Shown here: piece by piece, positions 11,415 through 26,097 of the stretch
Layout of the letters: every line of letters begins with the position of its first letter
Numbering within the stretch: position 1 is the stretch's first letter
Origin: Octopus vulgaris
Lineage: Eukaryota
Direction of reading: 5' to 3'
Length of the DNA stretch: 64,000 nucleotides
NCBI GenBank assembly: GCA_951406725.2
Contig: OX597817.1
Span: 176,638,001 to 176,702,000 of the forward strand
The notes under the pieces: model-generated
Told to the model about the DNA's origin: nothing
Seen by the model: the letters and a program-made list of their open reading frames with translations, nothing else
Database searches by the model: none
Made by a program: the position numbers and the translations under genes

Positions 11415-13472
11415 GGAAAATAACTTCTTCGCCTTCAATGACAACTTCTACCGACAAAAATCGGGGACTGCGATGGGTACACGAATGGCCCCCTCCTTTG
11501 CCAACCTAGTCATAGGATATCTAGAGATCAGTCTGTATCGTAAGGTTCTAGAAAGATATGGCAGCCCTTTCTCCATCTACATAGAAAACAACTGGAAGAG
11601 ATATCTAGATGACTGTTTCATCCTTTGGCATAAAAATATAGAAAAACTCATAGAATTCCAGGAAATTTTAAACGGTCTGGACGTAAACATCCAATTCACG
11701 ATGGAATATAGCCAGCAACAACTCCCCTTCCTCGATATCCTCATTAAGAAAGCTAATAATATAATAGAAACAGACATATATTATAAGCCTACAGACTCTA
11801 AGCAATATCTTCCATTCAATTCATGCCACCCCAGACACACCAGGATGAATATCCCCTTCAACCTAGCAAAAAAGATATGCACTATAGTCTCGAACGCAAA
11901 CACCAGAGACACACGACTACAAGAACTAAAATATACCCTTATCACCAGGAACTATCCACCTTCACTTATTGACAAGTGCATTCAACGTGCCCTTCAACTT
12001 AACATCAAGGAACTGAGACATCCCAAATCAAAGAAAAACTTACAACCAAAAGCCTTACCATACATCTCCACACACAACCCTCTCAATAACGAAGCCTTCG
12101 GCACCATCCTCCACAACATACCCCTCCTAAAAAAGACCACAGAATGAACACAATCCTCCAAACACACACGATCATAAAAAGCAAGAGACAGCCTAAATCC
12201 ATGAAAAGTCTCCTAACACAAGCCCGAATTCACTCTTCAACACAGAAGCCGACAGTAAAAAAATGTGGAAGACCCAATTGCGGGATATGCGACTATCTAA
12301 TTGAGGGATCAGAGTTCTCCTTCAAACAGGGACAACGGTTTACAGTGAAAAGCAACTTCACATGTGCTTCGGAGAACCTAATATACTCACTAACCTGCTC
12401 CGGGTGTCAAGAGCAGTACATAGGCCAAACAAAAAATAGTTTGCGTAAACGAATGGCCCTGCACATATCCCAGATAAAAATTCCCCAAAACAGAAAAATA
12501 GCTTTTAGCCAACACATAGATACTTGCGCCAACAAAAAAACACCAAGCTTCAGGATTTTCCCCCTCTACCAATTTAGGGACGATACAACCTCGAGACAAC
12601 GAATAAGTAAAGAAACTCTCTTTATTGCAAAATACAGGCCACTTCTAAACGGGTCTACGACAAACAATTAATATACCTCAACTTTAGAACAAAAGAAATA
12701 TTCACACACAAATATTACATTCCAAAGAATCCATTACTAATCACAGCTAAAATCACAGCTATAATCCACAACATGCCAACTTCAAGTCATACTTTAACCC
12801 ATTCATATTCTCCCTTCTCTGTTTTTTTCTTCTTCTTCCTCTTCTTCTTCATCATCATCATTATCATCATCATCGTCGTCATAACCATCACCACCATCAC
12901 CATCATCGTCATCTTCTCCTTCTTCTTCTTCTTCTTCTTCTTCTTCTTCTTCATCATCATCATCATCAACATCGTCATCTTCTTCTTCTTCTTCTTCTCC
13001 TTCTTCTTCTTCTTCTTCTACTTCTTCTTCTCCACCTTCTACCCCTTAACTTTGTCACTAATTTATTTTAGTATAACACCTACGCAAATTCTATAAACAA
13101 GCCTTTCAATAGAAATATTCTCCTGAATTGAACTGCGACTGCCAGCCGCCACTGACCATTCAAAATAAGACCATCAGGGCACTCCCAGATTCTCCCACCC
13201 CCTTTCCTCATTAGCCTTCTTCCTCTACTACCCTATCAAGAACTCACAACGACCTCCAACACACAAGTGCAAACAAGGGAGTCAGAGAAAGGCAGAATGC
13301 TACTTATAACTGAACACTACTATAGAAATATTCCTTTAAAAAAACTTTTCTTCTAATTTTTCTAAATTTAATTATTTAATCGTTACAGTTGAAAAGGTCT
13401 CAAAATGTCCGAAACCGGTACTGAAATGTTTACTATAAAATTATTTTAGCATTTTCTATTTTTGACTTCTTT

Positions 13473-13480
<8 letters not shown>
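11415..13480 (+). mobile_element. 5'-truncated Penelope-like element (Neptune-type RT + zinc finger + GIY-YIG)
   Basis: GTAMGTRMAP, RYLDD, LPFLD, CGRPNCGIC, NLIY..C..C..YIGQT; one frameshift ~12130; hammerhead at the 3' end. Confidence 0.9.
13381..13428 (+). ncRNA. Minimal type I hammerhead ribozyme, U3-A8 core variant
   Basis: Stem I cgttacag/ctgaaatg; core TTGAAAA; stem II gg..cc; GAAA; palindromic stem III ccgg; GUA cleavage triplet. Confidence 0.7.
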
Positions 13481-13535
<55 letters not shown>

Positions 13536-13689
13536 GTGTGTATATATATGTATGTATGTATGTATGTGTGTATGTATGTATTTATGTACGTATGTATGTA
13601 TATTTGCCATTTCAGTGGACTGAAGCAACGTGAAACAAAGTGTCTTGCTCAAGGACGCAACCCTCGCTGTAGTCACAGTACTTTGTAGG

Positions 13690-13883
13690 ATAGGTGCGTT
13701 CTGATGTAAAACCTGCTATTTCACATAATCATTGTTCATCTAGATTTGGTCTGCCACTAGGTTCTAGTCACAGAGACTCAGAGTAGTACTCGTGTTGTAC
13801 AACTGTCTATCACTACATTCCAATGACGCACAGATATCTCATTAAGATGAACACATTTGTCATTTAATTTATTGAAGCTCCAA
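13690..13883. other. Unidentified conserved element, subtype V2 (copy 1), interrupted by a SINE
   Basis: Near-identical at 44940-45130 and 61183-61376; gap-free alignment with V1. Confidence 0.5.
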
Positions 13884-14225
13884 AGGCTGTGAGCTGGCAG
13901 AAACGTTAACACGCCGGGCTAAATGCTTAGCGTTATTTCGTCTGTCTTTGCGTTCTGAGTTCAAATTTCGCCGAGGACGACTTTGCTTTAATCCTTTCGG
14001 GGTAGATTAAATAAGTACCAGTTGCGCACTGGGGTCGATGTAATCGACTTGATCCTTCTCTCTGTCCATGTTTGTCTCCACTGTGTTTAGCCCCGTGTGG
14101 GTAATAAAGAAATAGGTATTTCGTCTGTCTTTGCGTTCTGAGTTCAAATTACGCCGAGGTTGACTTTGCCTTTCATCCTTTCAGGGTCGATAAATTAAGC
14201 ACCAGTTGCGTACTGGGGTCGAGCT
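13884..14225 (+). mobile_element. tRNA-derived SINE with Nin-like domain, partially dimeric
   Basis: A-box-like gagctggcagaaacgtta, B-box gagttcaaat, gactttgcctttcatcctttc..gtcgata..taagtaccag; repeated at 45131-45470 and 61377-61715. Confidence 0.8.
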
Positions 14226-14433
14226 ACCTATCTATATCTGCCCTCTCCCAAGCGTCTGTACTTCAGTGGCAAGGACCTGGTATTTTGACAGGAGGATATC
14301 CAGTTTTGTTTCGAAGGCACTAAAACCCACCCTATGTTGGCCTCTCATGTAATAATATGACCCGATACCCTTTTTTTTTTTACTGTTTTGCTATTTGCTA
14401 TATTATACGTAAACTTACATCATACATACATAC

Positions 14434-14508
<75 letters not shown>

Positions 14509-14640
14509 CATATATACATATAGACATTCAGATAGATAGATAAATAGATAGATAAGATAGATAGATAGATAAATAAGACACATAAGATAGATAGATTGAT
14601 AAGATACGTAGGTAGATAAGATAGGTATATATAAAGATAA

Positions 14641-14692
<52 letters not shown>

Positions 14693-14708
14693 CTATATAG
14701 ATCGAAAA

Positions 14709-14769
<61 letters not shown>

Positions 14770-14879
14770 GTGATAGATAGATAGATAGATATAATATATG
14801 TGTGTTTCCGTGTAATTATAATAAGGGCTTAGAAATAAATTTGCTAGCTATATGCTGAGAAAAAGATATTGATGACGAT

Positions 14880-15460
14880 CGTATATTTATATACTGCAGC
14901 TCATATACCGGGTCTATCAAGAAAATATATAAAATCAATGATTCGATAATTGTTGATGACGATGACGACAACTAGGAAAAAGACTACGACGACGATGACA
15001 ACAGTGAAGATGACTGCGATGAAGATGTTGATGCAGCGACGAGGATGCAGATATTGATGACGATGATAACGAAGATGATGAGGTGGAGGGGATTGTGAGG
15101 ATTTTCATGATCAAGATGATGATCATTTGAATGAGGAAGATGAGCTATACATTTTCCAGTGGAGTTGTTAAATGAACAAAATCCACGTGGAATTCCACCT
15201 CATATTCTGGTGATGAATGTTTGGAGTATTATAATGTGAGAACGAAACCTCAGACCCTTGAAGAGTTTACTAAATAGAACATGAGCAACAATTATAGAAG
15301 AGTGCAACCATCTTCTTTATACAGCAGAAATATTTACTGGCAACAGTTAAGAAGAATGGGTTTTCATTTCACGAATTTATTTCTCACATAGCGAGACAAA
15401 TCTACATTTTAAGCATAATCACAGCCAGTTCCCCTTGATACTATTCTTTGTTATTGTAAA
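14880..15460 (+). pseudogene. Inverted partial copy of the decayed Pif1/Helitron helicase fragment
   Basis: Reverse complement of ~3330-3890; shorter copy at 50325-50532. Confidence 0.7.
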
Positions 15461-16019
15461 CATAGTTTTCTCCCAGACCTACCAGATGCAAATGAAACGA
15501 AAAGAATACTTCCTCACTCTAAATGGCATCAACAATTCTCTCAAACAACTATTTGTCTGAAATGAAGTCTTTTGATTCCCTCCTCAAATTAAGTTCGGTC
15601 CTCCAAAATATCCGTTTGAACATTAGAATGAAAATTAAGAACCGGGTCTGGTAAGCCTAATGTGGTACAACTAACACCATGCAATCACAATATCAAATCT
15701 ATTCCCTATATGAATTGTTAAAGGAAATTTTAAAGTAGCTTCGTTAAAAGTCTTCAATGAATGTACTTTCAATCAGCTGATACAGTTCTAGAGGGTATTT
15801 AAGCGCGTCAACTGCATATAGCTATGCATAGCTTTGCCTCAGTTAAGATTGGCGAAACATCAATACCTGCAGATTCTTCTAGACATCTCATTCACTTACC
15901 ATCATAACTACGTAAAGTACATTTTTCTGCTGCCTTCGATAATGTTTCAAATACTTCACCTTTTCGATTCCCAGTTGGTAAATCTTTAAAATTTAAGGCT
16001 CCTCGAATATATAATAGTA

Positions 16020-16840
16020 ATGGAGGAAGATAAAATCTATCGGGCGGACATAAGAAATCTTGGGTGGCCACAAGAAGGAGAACAACAACAACACGACTCT
16101 GCGAAGTTAGCTATAGTAAATATAGCCTCATATGCAGGTAACAATGATGAAAGAAGGGAAACAAAACTGATGCTAGTAATAACACAAGGTTTGATATTGA
16201 GGACTATTTGGATAAAAGCCATGATAGAAGAAAATCAGGCAGATTAACAATGCAGGTTAAGTAAATCAAAGGGTAAAGAACTACTCATGATAAGTTGTGT
16301 AGAATAATCCAGAGGAAGTTATGTAGATAGCTAAAAATTGACCATACAGATAAGTGTTATAAATATGAATCTAGTAAAGTGCTAGTAAATAAGAAAAAAT
16401 ATAAGATATAGTGGGATTTTATTATTCAGGCCGAGAGATTAATAGAAGCTACAAAGCCTCATTTGGAAGTAGTAGCCTAAGAGAAAAGAAAGTTTCAGGT
16501 AATTGACTTTACAATCCCAAATGATGAGAAAATCAATATGGAAACTATACAGAAAATAGCAAAGTACCAGGGTCTAGCCATTCAGTTATAGAGGCTAGGA
16601 ATGTGTGGATAAAATGTATCCCTGTAGCTATTAGTGCATTACGAATTATCCCTAAGGGTTTCACAAAGAAATAGAAAAACTAGGCGTAAAACCTACTTTA
16701 GTGCAGCTCCAGGAAACCGTGTTATTAGGGACAGCTAGGATACTTAGGAAGGTTTTTCGCATATAAGGTTACTTGCTGTAGCCCGATGTTAGGAACTTTT
16801 CTTGTTCCAGTCTAATCTGTTGTGCGTAGAGGAAATAATA
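16020..16840 (+). pseudogene. Decayed R4/Dong-like LINE 3' region (old family)
   Basis: HDK..WDFIIQAERLIEATKP..VIDFTIP remnants with stops; copy at ~50960-51915. Confidence 0.7.
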
Positions 16841-16978
16841 AACCTTACTTGTAAATACAAATGGGCTGTTTTTTTCCTAATTTTGGTGGTGGGGACTAGA
16901 TGATTACATCGACCCCGATGTAATTTATCAACCCCGAAAGGATTAAATATAAAATCGATTTCGCCGCTCTAATAATAA

Positions 16979-17040
<62 letters not shown>

Positions 17041-17044
<4 letters not shown>

Positions 17045-19654
17045 GTTCTACCAAGAATAAAGTTCTACCAAGAACTAAAGTTCTACCAAGAACTGGGCAA
17101 AAATAAAATAGAAGTCACTGCAGCACCAACGGCAGAAGAATTGGAAGAATTCTGGGGAGAAATATGGTCGGCGAACGAACCACCAAAAAAAAGGAGTATC
17201 AAAATAACAAACTCGGCATCTGAACAAATTTGGACCCCCATAACAACTGAAGAGGTCACCCAGGCACTGCAAAGACTAAGCAACTGGAAGGCACCTGGGC
17301 ATGACAAGATCCCCAACTTCTGGTTGAAATATCTAACAGGAATGCACAAAAAGCTGGCTGAAAACTTTAACAACGTACTAGCAGAGCCAGAGACAATGCC
17401 TGAATGGCTCACGAAGGGGAAAACCATCTTAATTCCCAAATCAAATGAAACAGAAAAACCAGAAAACTACAGACCAATAACCTGCCTCCCTACTATGTTC
17501 AAGGCATTTACTGCAGTGATATCACAAAGGCTGAACAAGCACCTGGACGAAAACAAACTGTTCCCAGAAGAGCAGAAAGGATGCCGCAAAGGCTCATATG
17601 GCTGTAAAGATCAACTAATGATTAATAAAGCCATAACTGAAGACAGCCACAGAAAGAAGAAAGGCCTCAGTATGGCCTGGATTGACTACAAAAAGGCGTT
17701 TGATAGCATCCCCCACACATGGATCCTCGAAACACTAGCCATTAACAAAGTAGCACCAACAATCATAAAATTCATAGAGCACTCTATGAATAAATGGCAA
17801 ACAGTCCTACACCTCCAAACAAAAGAGGGACTCATGAAAACCAAAGACATCCCCATTAGAAGAGGAATATTCCAGGGAGATACGCTCTCTCCACTCCTTT
17901 TCTGCTTGGCACTGTCACCTCTATCTGATATGCTAAATAGAACTGGATGCGGATATAAATGTTACGGCAAAACGATCAGCCACCTTTTATATATGGATGA
18001 CCTAAAACTATACGCTGCAAATGACAAACAGCTGGAAACACTATTAAAGACAGTTCATGGATTTACCAAAGAAATAGATATGAAATTTGGATTAGAAAAA
18101 TGCGCCAAAGTAACCATGAAAAGAGGAAAACTAGTTAAGAGTAACAACATCACACTAGATGAAGCAAATGAAATAAAAGAATTAGACCAAAGCCAAACTT
18201 ACAAATACTTAGGAATCCATGAACTAGATAAGACACAACACACACAAATGAAAGAGAAAATAAAAAAAGAATATTATAGACGAGTTAGATCAATACTAAA
18301 CACAGAGCTCAATGCTAAAAACAAGATAATAGGTATCAACACTTTAGCTGTCCCAGTTATAAGTTACAGCTACAATATCCTTAACTGGACACGAAATGAA
18401 CTGACCAAAATAGACAGGAAAACAAGAAAAATAATGACAGGATCTAGGATGCATCACCCAAAATCTGACATAGAAAGACTATATATACAACGTATAGAAG
18501 GTGGTAGAGGCCTTATACAGCTGGAAAACTACTATAAAATAACCACCATAGGACTGCAAAAATATCTACTTCAGAAGGAAGGAAAACTGATCCAGATAGC
18601 GGCAAAACACGAGCAAAACAAAAAACTGTTCTCAGTATTTAAGGAAGCTGACAAATACAAACAAGAAATCATACCACCTAATAAACATGAAGAAGAAGAA
18701 GAAGAAGAAGATGAAGTAACAACAAAAGCTATAAAAAAAATGAAATCCAAACTAAAAATAGAACAGCAACGAACCATGATAAAACGATGGCAAGAAAAGC
18801 CCCTTCATGGTAAATACTGGACTAAACTAAACGCAAAAGAAATAGACAAAGAAAAATCCCAGCAATGGTTGAGAAGCTCAGGACTCAAAGCAGAAACAGA
18901 GGGATTTTTAATTGCAGCACAAGACCAAAGCCTCCCCACCAGAAATTACCAAAAACATGTAATGAAAAGAAATATTACAAGTAACTGCAGAATATGTGGA
19001 GATGGACAAGAAACAATAAATCATATTATCTCTAGCTGCCCAGTCCTGGCTAAGAAGGAATATATTCACAGACATGACAGAGTTGGAACTTACATACATT
19101 GGAAGCTATGCCAACATTATGGAATAACAACAGAAAAAAGATGGTATAGGCACACACCAGAAAAGGTCACAGAAAACGAGAAAGCAACCATACTCTGGGA
19201 TATGCCGATACACACAGATAGAGAAATTAAGGCCAACAGACCAGATATAGTTGTCAGAGACCATGAAGAAAAAAATGCTTTCTAATTGATGTATCAGTAC
19301 CGGCAGATGACAACGTGTCTCTAAAAGAAATGGAGAAACTCTCAAAATACAAAGACCTGGAAATAGAGGTAACTAGAATGTGGAATCTGAAAACAGAAAC
19401 AATTCCTATCATAGTAGGTGCATTAGGCATGATAAAAAAATATTCAGACAAATACATAACAAAAACACCAGGACTTACAAACACATATAACATACAGAAA
19501 ATTGCACTACTAGGCACTGCACACATCCTACGCAGAACACTTTCCATACAATAACCATCAGAGCATCACAACAAATCACAGCACATACCCAAGGCACACA
19601 GAGCTGCGCTCGGTAGTGAAGTGAAAGCACGCTATAAAAATAAAAATAAAACTA

Positions 19655-19660
<6 letters not shown>
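17041..19660 (+). mobile_element. 5'-truncated R4/Dong-like LINE, family 2
   Basis: ORF 17141-19285 + 19315-19554: NWKAPG, YRPITCL, DYKKAFD, QGD.LSP, YMDD, CRIC..HIISSC, RHD, RPDIVV; frameshift at A-run ~19270; (AAT)n on both sides. Confidence 0.92.
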
Positions 19661-19689
<29 letters not shown>

Positions 19690-19741
19690 TGATAATAATA
19701 ATAATAATAATGATGATGATAATAATAATGATGATGATGAT

Positions 19742-19788
<47 letters not shown>

Positions 19789-19820
19789 TGATGATAATAA
19801 TAATAATAATAATAATAATG

Positions 19821-19910
<90 letters not shown>
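19659..19910 (+). repeat. (AAT)n/(GAT) microsatellite between two Dong-like elements
   Basis: Directly visible; similar arrays at 4938-5026, 16971-17041, 52058-52144, 52455-52708. Confidence 0.95.
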
Positions 19911-19911
<1 letters not shown>

Positions 19912-19914
<3 letters not shown>

Positions 19915-22900
19915 GTGTTTTTGGAAACTAAAAGGAAAACTAAATCAGTATACCAAATCGCTTGTCCTATGGTTAATCTGGAAGCGCGTCCCCCAGGGAA
20001 AAGCCAGCCTGGGATCGAAAAGACATCAACTGGCACAAACTCTTCTCCGAATACGGACATGGATGGTCACTTGAACGGGAAATCCCCCAACTCGAGCCCT
20101 CCAAGTTCACCACCACAACCACCACAGAAAGAAAAATGTAAGCGGAACAAATGGACCCGAGAAGAGTATAAAGAAGTAATATACGCTTATTACTATGCAT
20201 TAGGTAGGCCATCTCAAGAGAGACACACCGCAAACTGTTACAGTATATTGAGAACACGGAATCAAGACAGTAGGCCCTATCTGGACGAGAACAAATTAGC
20301 AAATGTGAGGAGGGATATCCTTAGAAATAACAGACTCACAGACAGTGAAATAAGCGCGATCAAGCACGCAACGGAAAATGATATAAATATAAGACACAAA
20401 GGAAATGAAGAATCAGATGAACAGTATAGCCCGCCACGAGGCTTAATTGAAAGACTGCCATCTGACCAAAGTACGCAAAGGCCTGAAGATACAAGAAATT
20501 CTATTGTACCTGTTAAAGATAGCCAGGAAAACGAAAAAACAACAGTAACTGAAGATCTCGCATTTGCTGAAGAACACAGAGAGTCTATGGCAGAAATGAG
20601 GCAGAAAATCCTGAATACGCTTGAAGTTGTAAAACATACAAGTATGAATGATAGAGAACCACTTCATAAACTCTCAAATACAAACCAAAATAAAAAACAA
20701 ATCCAAATTGGCAACTATGTAACAAATGAAATAATACGAGAATTAAAACCTGATTTTACTGAGTTAAATGAAATTATTTACGCTTCTGCTAGGGCAATTG
20801 AAACCAGCTGTATGCCCCCGAAAAAACAAAGAAAACAAAACCTGGGAAGAAATCAAACCTGGAGAAGTAAAATTGAAAAAGAGATTGAATTTATGAGAGG
20901 GGAAATATCAATATTAAATGAACTAATATGTGGAAATGATGTAAGATCAAGAACAGGAAGAAAGATGAAGAGAAAATTTGGATCCTCACCAAGAGAAGAA
21001 CTGATATCAATAAAAGAAACGCTGAAACAAAAAGTCCAAGCAAAACCCCAAAGAATACGAAGATTTGAGAAGAGAAACAAGTTTTACAAGCAAAATAAGC
21101 TGTTCACATCCAAAGCCAAAAAATTCTACAGAGAAATAGGGAAGGAGAAAGTAACCGTTAAAGACCCCCCTCCCATGGAAGAAGTTCAAAACTTTTGGAA
21201 AAGGATTTGGAGTGACAAGAAGACGTACAACATAAATGCAGACTGGATTATACAAACTGAAGGATCCTACCAAAATTTACAACAACAAGCATGGGAAGAC
21301 ATCACAATAGCAGACCTAAGAAAGGGACTCACGAAGGCCCATAATTGGAAATCCCCCGGTAAAGATAGGGTGCCGAATTTCTGGCTCGCATCGCTCCCAT
21401 GCGCACACGGTAAGCTAGTTCAGCTGCTCAATGGAATTATGAGAGACCCAAAGAAAACATCTGAATGGTTAGCAAGTGGCATTACTTACCTACTCCCAAA
21501 GAATAACGAAACTAACCTTCCAAAAAACTATCGGCCTATAACCTGTCTATCCACCACGTATAAAATCCTAACATCTATCCTCGCGGAGAAAACATATGCA
21601 TTCATGGAGAAGAACGATATTTTCCCCATTGAACAAAAAGGGTGCCGCCGAGGCTCTTACGGATGCAAAGATCAACTGCTAATCAATCGTATGATCCTTG
21701 AGAACTGTCACAACAAGCGCAGAAATCTCAGCACCGCATGGATTGACTACAAAAAGGCCTTCGACAGTATACCGCATCCATGGATCTTGAGATCGCTGGA
21801 CATCTTCAAAATTTCCCCTGTGATTTCAAACTTCCTGAAGCACAATATGTCGTTGTGGAATACGAATCTCCAATTATACCACTCTAATGGAGTACTTGCC
21901 TCAGAAAATATAAACATCAACTGTGGAATTTTTCAAGGTGACTCACTTTCACCTTTAATATTCTGCATAGCCCTAATACCCCTTACAAGTGAATTAAACA
22001 GAACAGGGTATGGGTATAAAATTGCCAATAAAAAAATAAGCCATCTATTTTATATGGATGACTTAAAACTTTATAGTAAAGACAATAATGAACTTGAAGG
22101 CCTATTGCGCACCGTGAAAGCATTCAGCGATGACATCGGGATGGATTTTGGACTTGAGAAGTGTGCCAAGGCCACTTTCCAGAAAGGGAAAGTGAAGACC
22201 ACAAATTCAGTCGTGTTAGATGTTGACACAGTCATAAGAGAGCTTGAGCAAGAACAAACATACAAATATTTAGGGATAAATGAAGGCTCTGGTATTCAGC
22301 ATGCAAGCATGAAAGTGAAAATCAGGAAGGAATGTTATAGGAGAGTTCGTGCAGTCCTGAAATCTGAACTAAATGCACGTAACAAGGTGTTAGCTATAAA
22401 TTCCTTAGCAGTTCCAGTTGTTACTTATAGCTACAATGTGTTGAACTGGAATATGAGTGAAGTAAAGAATATAGATAGAAAAATACGCAAGCTGCTGAGT
22501 TGTAATAGGATGCACCACCCAAAGGCAGGCGTAGATCGCCTTTACCTTCCCAGAGCCGAAGGAGGTCGAGGCCTGATCCAATTTGAACTAGCTTACAAAA
22601 CAACCACAATTGGACTGGCCAAATATCTCGAAATATCGAATGACTGGATGCTAAAGCTCCTGGAAAATCACGAGAGATGAAAGAAGCTTCATTCAATTAT
22701 AAAGGAAAGAAAAAAAATTGCTATTGATCTCGTGCAGGATACCCAAACTGAACAATCCGAGGGAAGTACGGCAACTATTGTTACAAAGAAGGTGAAAATG
22801 ATGGCAACGAAAAAAGCGCACGAGCAATTGGCTGATAGGTGGGAGGAGAAACCTCTGCACGGCAAATATGTGACCCGCAGCAAACAAGCTGATGTTGACC

Positions 22901-23770
22901 AGAAGCAAACCCATCAGTGGCTACGGAGCTCAGGGCTAAAAGCAGAGAGCGAAGGTTTCATCCTGGCTGCTCAAGATCAAAGCCTATTAACCCGGAACTA
23001 CCAGGCCAATGTGATGAAAAATGGAGCAGACCCAAAATGCCGATTCTGCAACGACATGATTGAAACAGTGGACCACCTAATCTCTGGATGTAAAGTCTTA
23101 GCACCAGTGGAGTATAAATTAAGACATGACAGAGTTGGCCAATATCTCCACTGGCTAATAAGTCGGCATTACAATATCAAAACTGCCGACAAGTGGTATA
23201 ATCACCAGCCTGAGGCTGTAACTGAAGGAGAAAATGTAACCATTCTGTGGGACTTTCCAGTACATACAGACCGAACCATCAAGGCCAATAAACCAGATAT
23301 TGTTGTGAAAGACCAAAACAATAAAGTTTGCTCATTGATCGACATGAGCATCCCCTGTGATCATAATATCTCAGCGAAAGAGTTTGACAAGCTCAGAAAA
23401 TATAAAGACCTACTCATTGAAATTGAGAAAATGTGGCATCTCAAGGCGGTTACAATACCAGTGATCGTAGGAGCACTAGGAATGATCAAGAAGGGAACCG
23501 AAAATTATATGAGAATGATCCCTGGCTTACCATCCCTGCAAGAAGTGCAAAAGATTGTCTTAACTGGTACATCACACGTATTGAGAAGAGCATTGTCGAT
23601 GTGAGAACTGTTGCTGCTCATGTATTTTAATTTAACTTTAAAAAAAAAAAATAAATAAACGAAATACTGAGTTTGGTTTAATGGCCTACCAATGTATACT
23701 ATGAGTTTCTTTGCCCTAGGAGTCGGGAAGACACTCGGCAAGAAATGGAAGCAAATTTGAAAGAAGAAAA
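19912..23770 (+). mobile_element. Near full-length R4/Dong-like LINE, family 1; single ~1229-codon ORF with one nonsense codon
   Basis: 19915-22680 and 22732-23604 are in frame; TGA at 22678-22680 is CGA in the 5-kb copy; N-terminal KWTREEY..NNRLTDSEI region, RT, CCHC and PD..D RLE. Confidence 0.93.
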
Positions 23771-23803
23771 AAAAAATAAATAAATAATAATGATAATTAT
23801 AAT

Positions 23804-23847
<44 letters not shown>

Positions 23848-24096
23848 TAATTATAATGTTAATAATAATAGTAATAATAATAATACTTTTAATGAAAATT
23901 AAGAAATGTAAGTCATGCATTCAAGTTCAAGCAGTCAGCCAGGATCTAACTTCTGTCAACCAACTTATGAATCATTTTTATGAGCCGTATACATTTTTAA
24001 TTGCTTTTCTCAATCGATTTCACCTCTCACCACATCTCTTTTGAGACAACGCCTTATATGCTTCTTTTCATGCATACATACATACAGACATACATG

Positions 24097-24154
<58 letters not shown>

Positions 24155-24177
24155 TAGATAGATAGATATATATATAC

Positions 24178-24209
<32 letters not shown>

Positions 24210-24297
24210 TATATGCACACACGCACACACACACATATATATATACATGTTTAAATATATGTATGTATGTATGTATGTATGACCATATATCTAGATC

Positions 24298-24697
24298 CCT
24301 TGGTTGCATCACAGGTGCCTACTGATGGAAAACCTGCTGTTTGACCTAATGAAAAGTCCTCTCTGTTCGGTCTGCCACTATGTTCTAGTCACAGAGACTC
24401 AGAGTGGTACTGGTATTCTACAGGTGCCTGTCACTATAATCAAATGATGCACAGTTATGTCTTTAAGATGACCACATTCGGCATTTCATCTGCTGAAGTT
24501 CCTACGGTGGTGGAAGAATGGACGCGCACGGTAGGCTACAACAACTTTCGTCTCTCACCTACGCTTCAAAGCAGGCAGATCGGCAGAGAGACTAAATTTC
24601 AACTGAGAGGTCATGAATGGAAACACAGAAATGCCTTTGACAAACAGGTAGCAAAAGAAAACGGCAACCATCTGCTAAGATGGAGCAATCATCTCAT
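24298..24697. other. Conserved element subtype V1 (copy 2)
   Basis: Near-identical to 7855-8255. Confidence 0.5.
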
Positions 24698-24704
24698 GTG
24701 TATG

Positions 24705-24784
<80 letters not shown>

Positions 24785-24902
24785 TTCATAAGTTTCAAGT
24801 TTATGAAAGCTCACCGTGTTTTGTCAATTATAAATAATCCATTTAAATATATGCCCTCGACGGAAAAAGTAGTGTTTGCAGTACAAATATATACATACAT
24901 AT

Positions 24903-24986
<84 letters not shown>

Positions 24987-26010
24987 TGTTACGAGGGGAG
25001 CGCCGTCGAACGAAAGCTGTTGCGGAATCCCTCACACAGGCCCGTTCGATGCAGCGAATGTTCGCCACGAAAACTCGGAGAGGAGAGAGAGACAACAACA
25101 ACAGCAGCAGGAAGAAGAGACACAGAGGCAATTGGCTCACATTTAACGCTAGTTTATGACAATCATTACAACATCAAATACAATGTTAAATACATCAGAC
25201 ATATCAAAGAAAATACATGCAAGAAACAGGTATACAACAGGTAAATACAAGCAAGTAACAGAATCAACAGATCACAGCATTTAAACTGTCCGGGTAACAA
25301 CACATCAAATGCAATAACAACAGCATTTCAAGAGTACACGTCCGGAGACAACCGTTGTGTTTCAAATCGCATTAAAGTTACAGTTCAAAGGACATTAAAG
25401 GCCTATACAGTTCAATGTTCAATACACAGTTCTCTTTCCCACAACTCTGTACACAATGTCTTTACACAGTTCACATTGCTCCTTTCACTGTCTCATTTCT
25501 TTTCAACAGTCTCTTTACATCGATTCTTTTCCTTCTTTTTCTTCACATATCAATACACAATTCACGTACCTTAGTTCCTACTAGAATAGCCAGTATCTCA
25601 TATTGCACCTCATCTCTCTCAGTACTGCTAACTCCAACTTGCTAAACACTTGCCTGAATTCCAAATCCTCGCTCCTAAATCCAACCGCTCGCCTTGACGA
25701 CCAAATACCGACTGCCCAAAACCTCCTGCTCTGTCACTACCCTCAATCTCCCTCTTAGCTCTAATACTCTCTCTATCGCCGCTCAGATTCCTTAATCTGT
25801 CTTTCTCACTACTTTCTTCTTCCTCTTCTTCACTGTCTCTAACACACTGAACTGATTACTTAAAGGGGCAGCCCTCCAAATGAACCCTAATTCACCCGAA
25901 GGTGTCGGGGTGTCTCCCCAGAGCTAATTAATCAACCCGCATCCGGCAGAACAATGGATTCATTGCCAAATGTAGGTCGCCGGCTCTGTCCTTAAGTTGA
26001 ACTCACAACA
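24987..26010. mobile_element. Solo LTR (~1.02 kb)
   Basis: TGTT...AACA termini, ATAT on both sides within (TA)n, no internal ORF; absent from unit copy 1. Confidence 0.7.
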
Positions 26011-26011
26011 A

Positions 26012-26097
<86 letters not shown>

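Noticed and set aside
22678-22680. In-frame TGA in the Dong ORF as possible selenocysteine or readthrough
   Set aside because: The paralogous copy has CGA (Arg); a simple CpG transition explains it.
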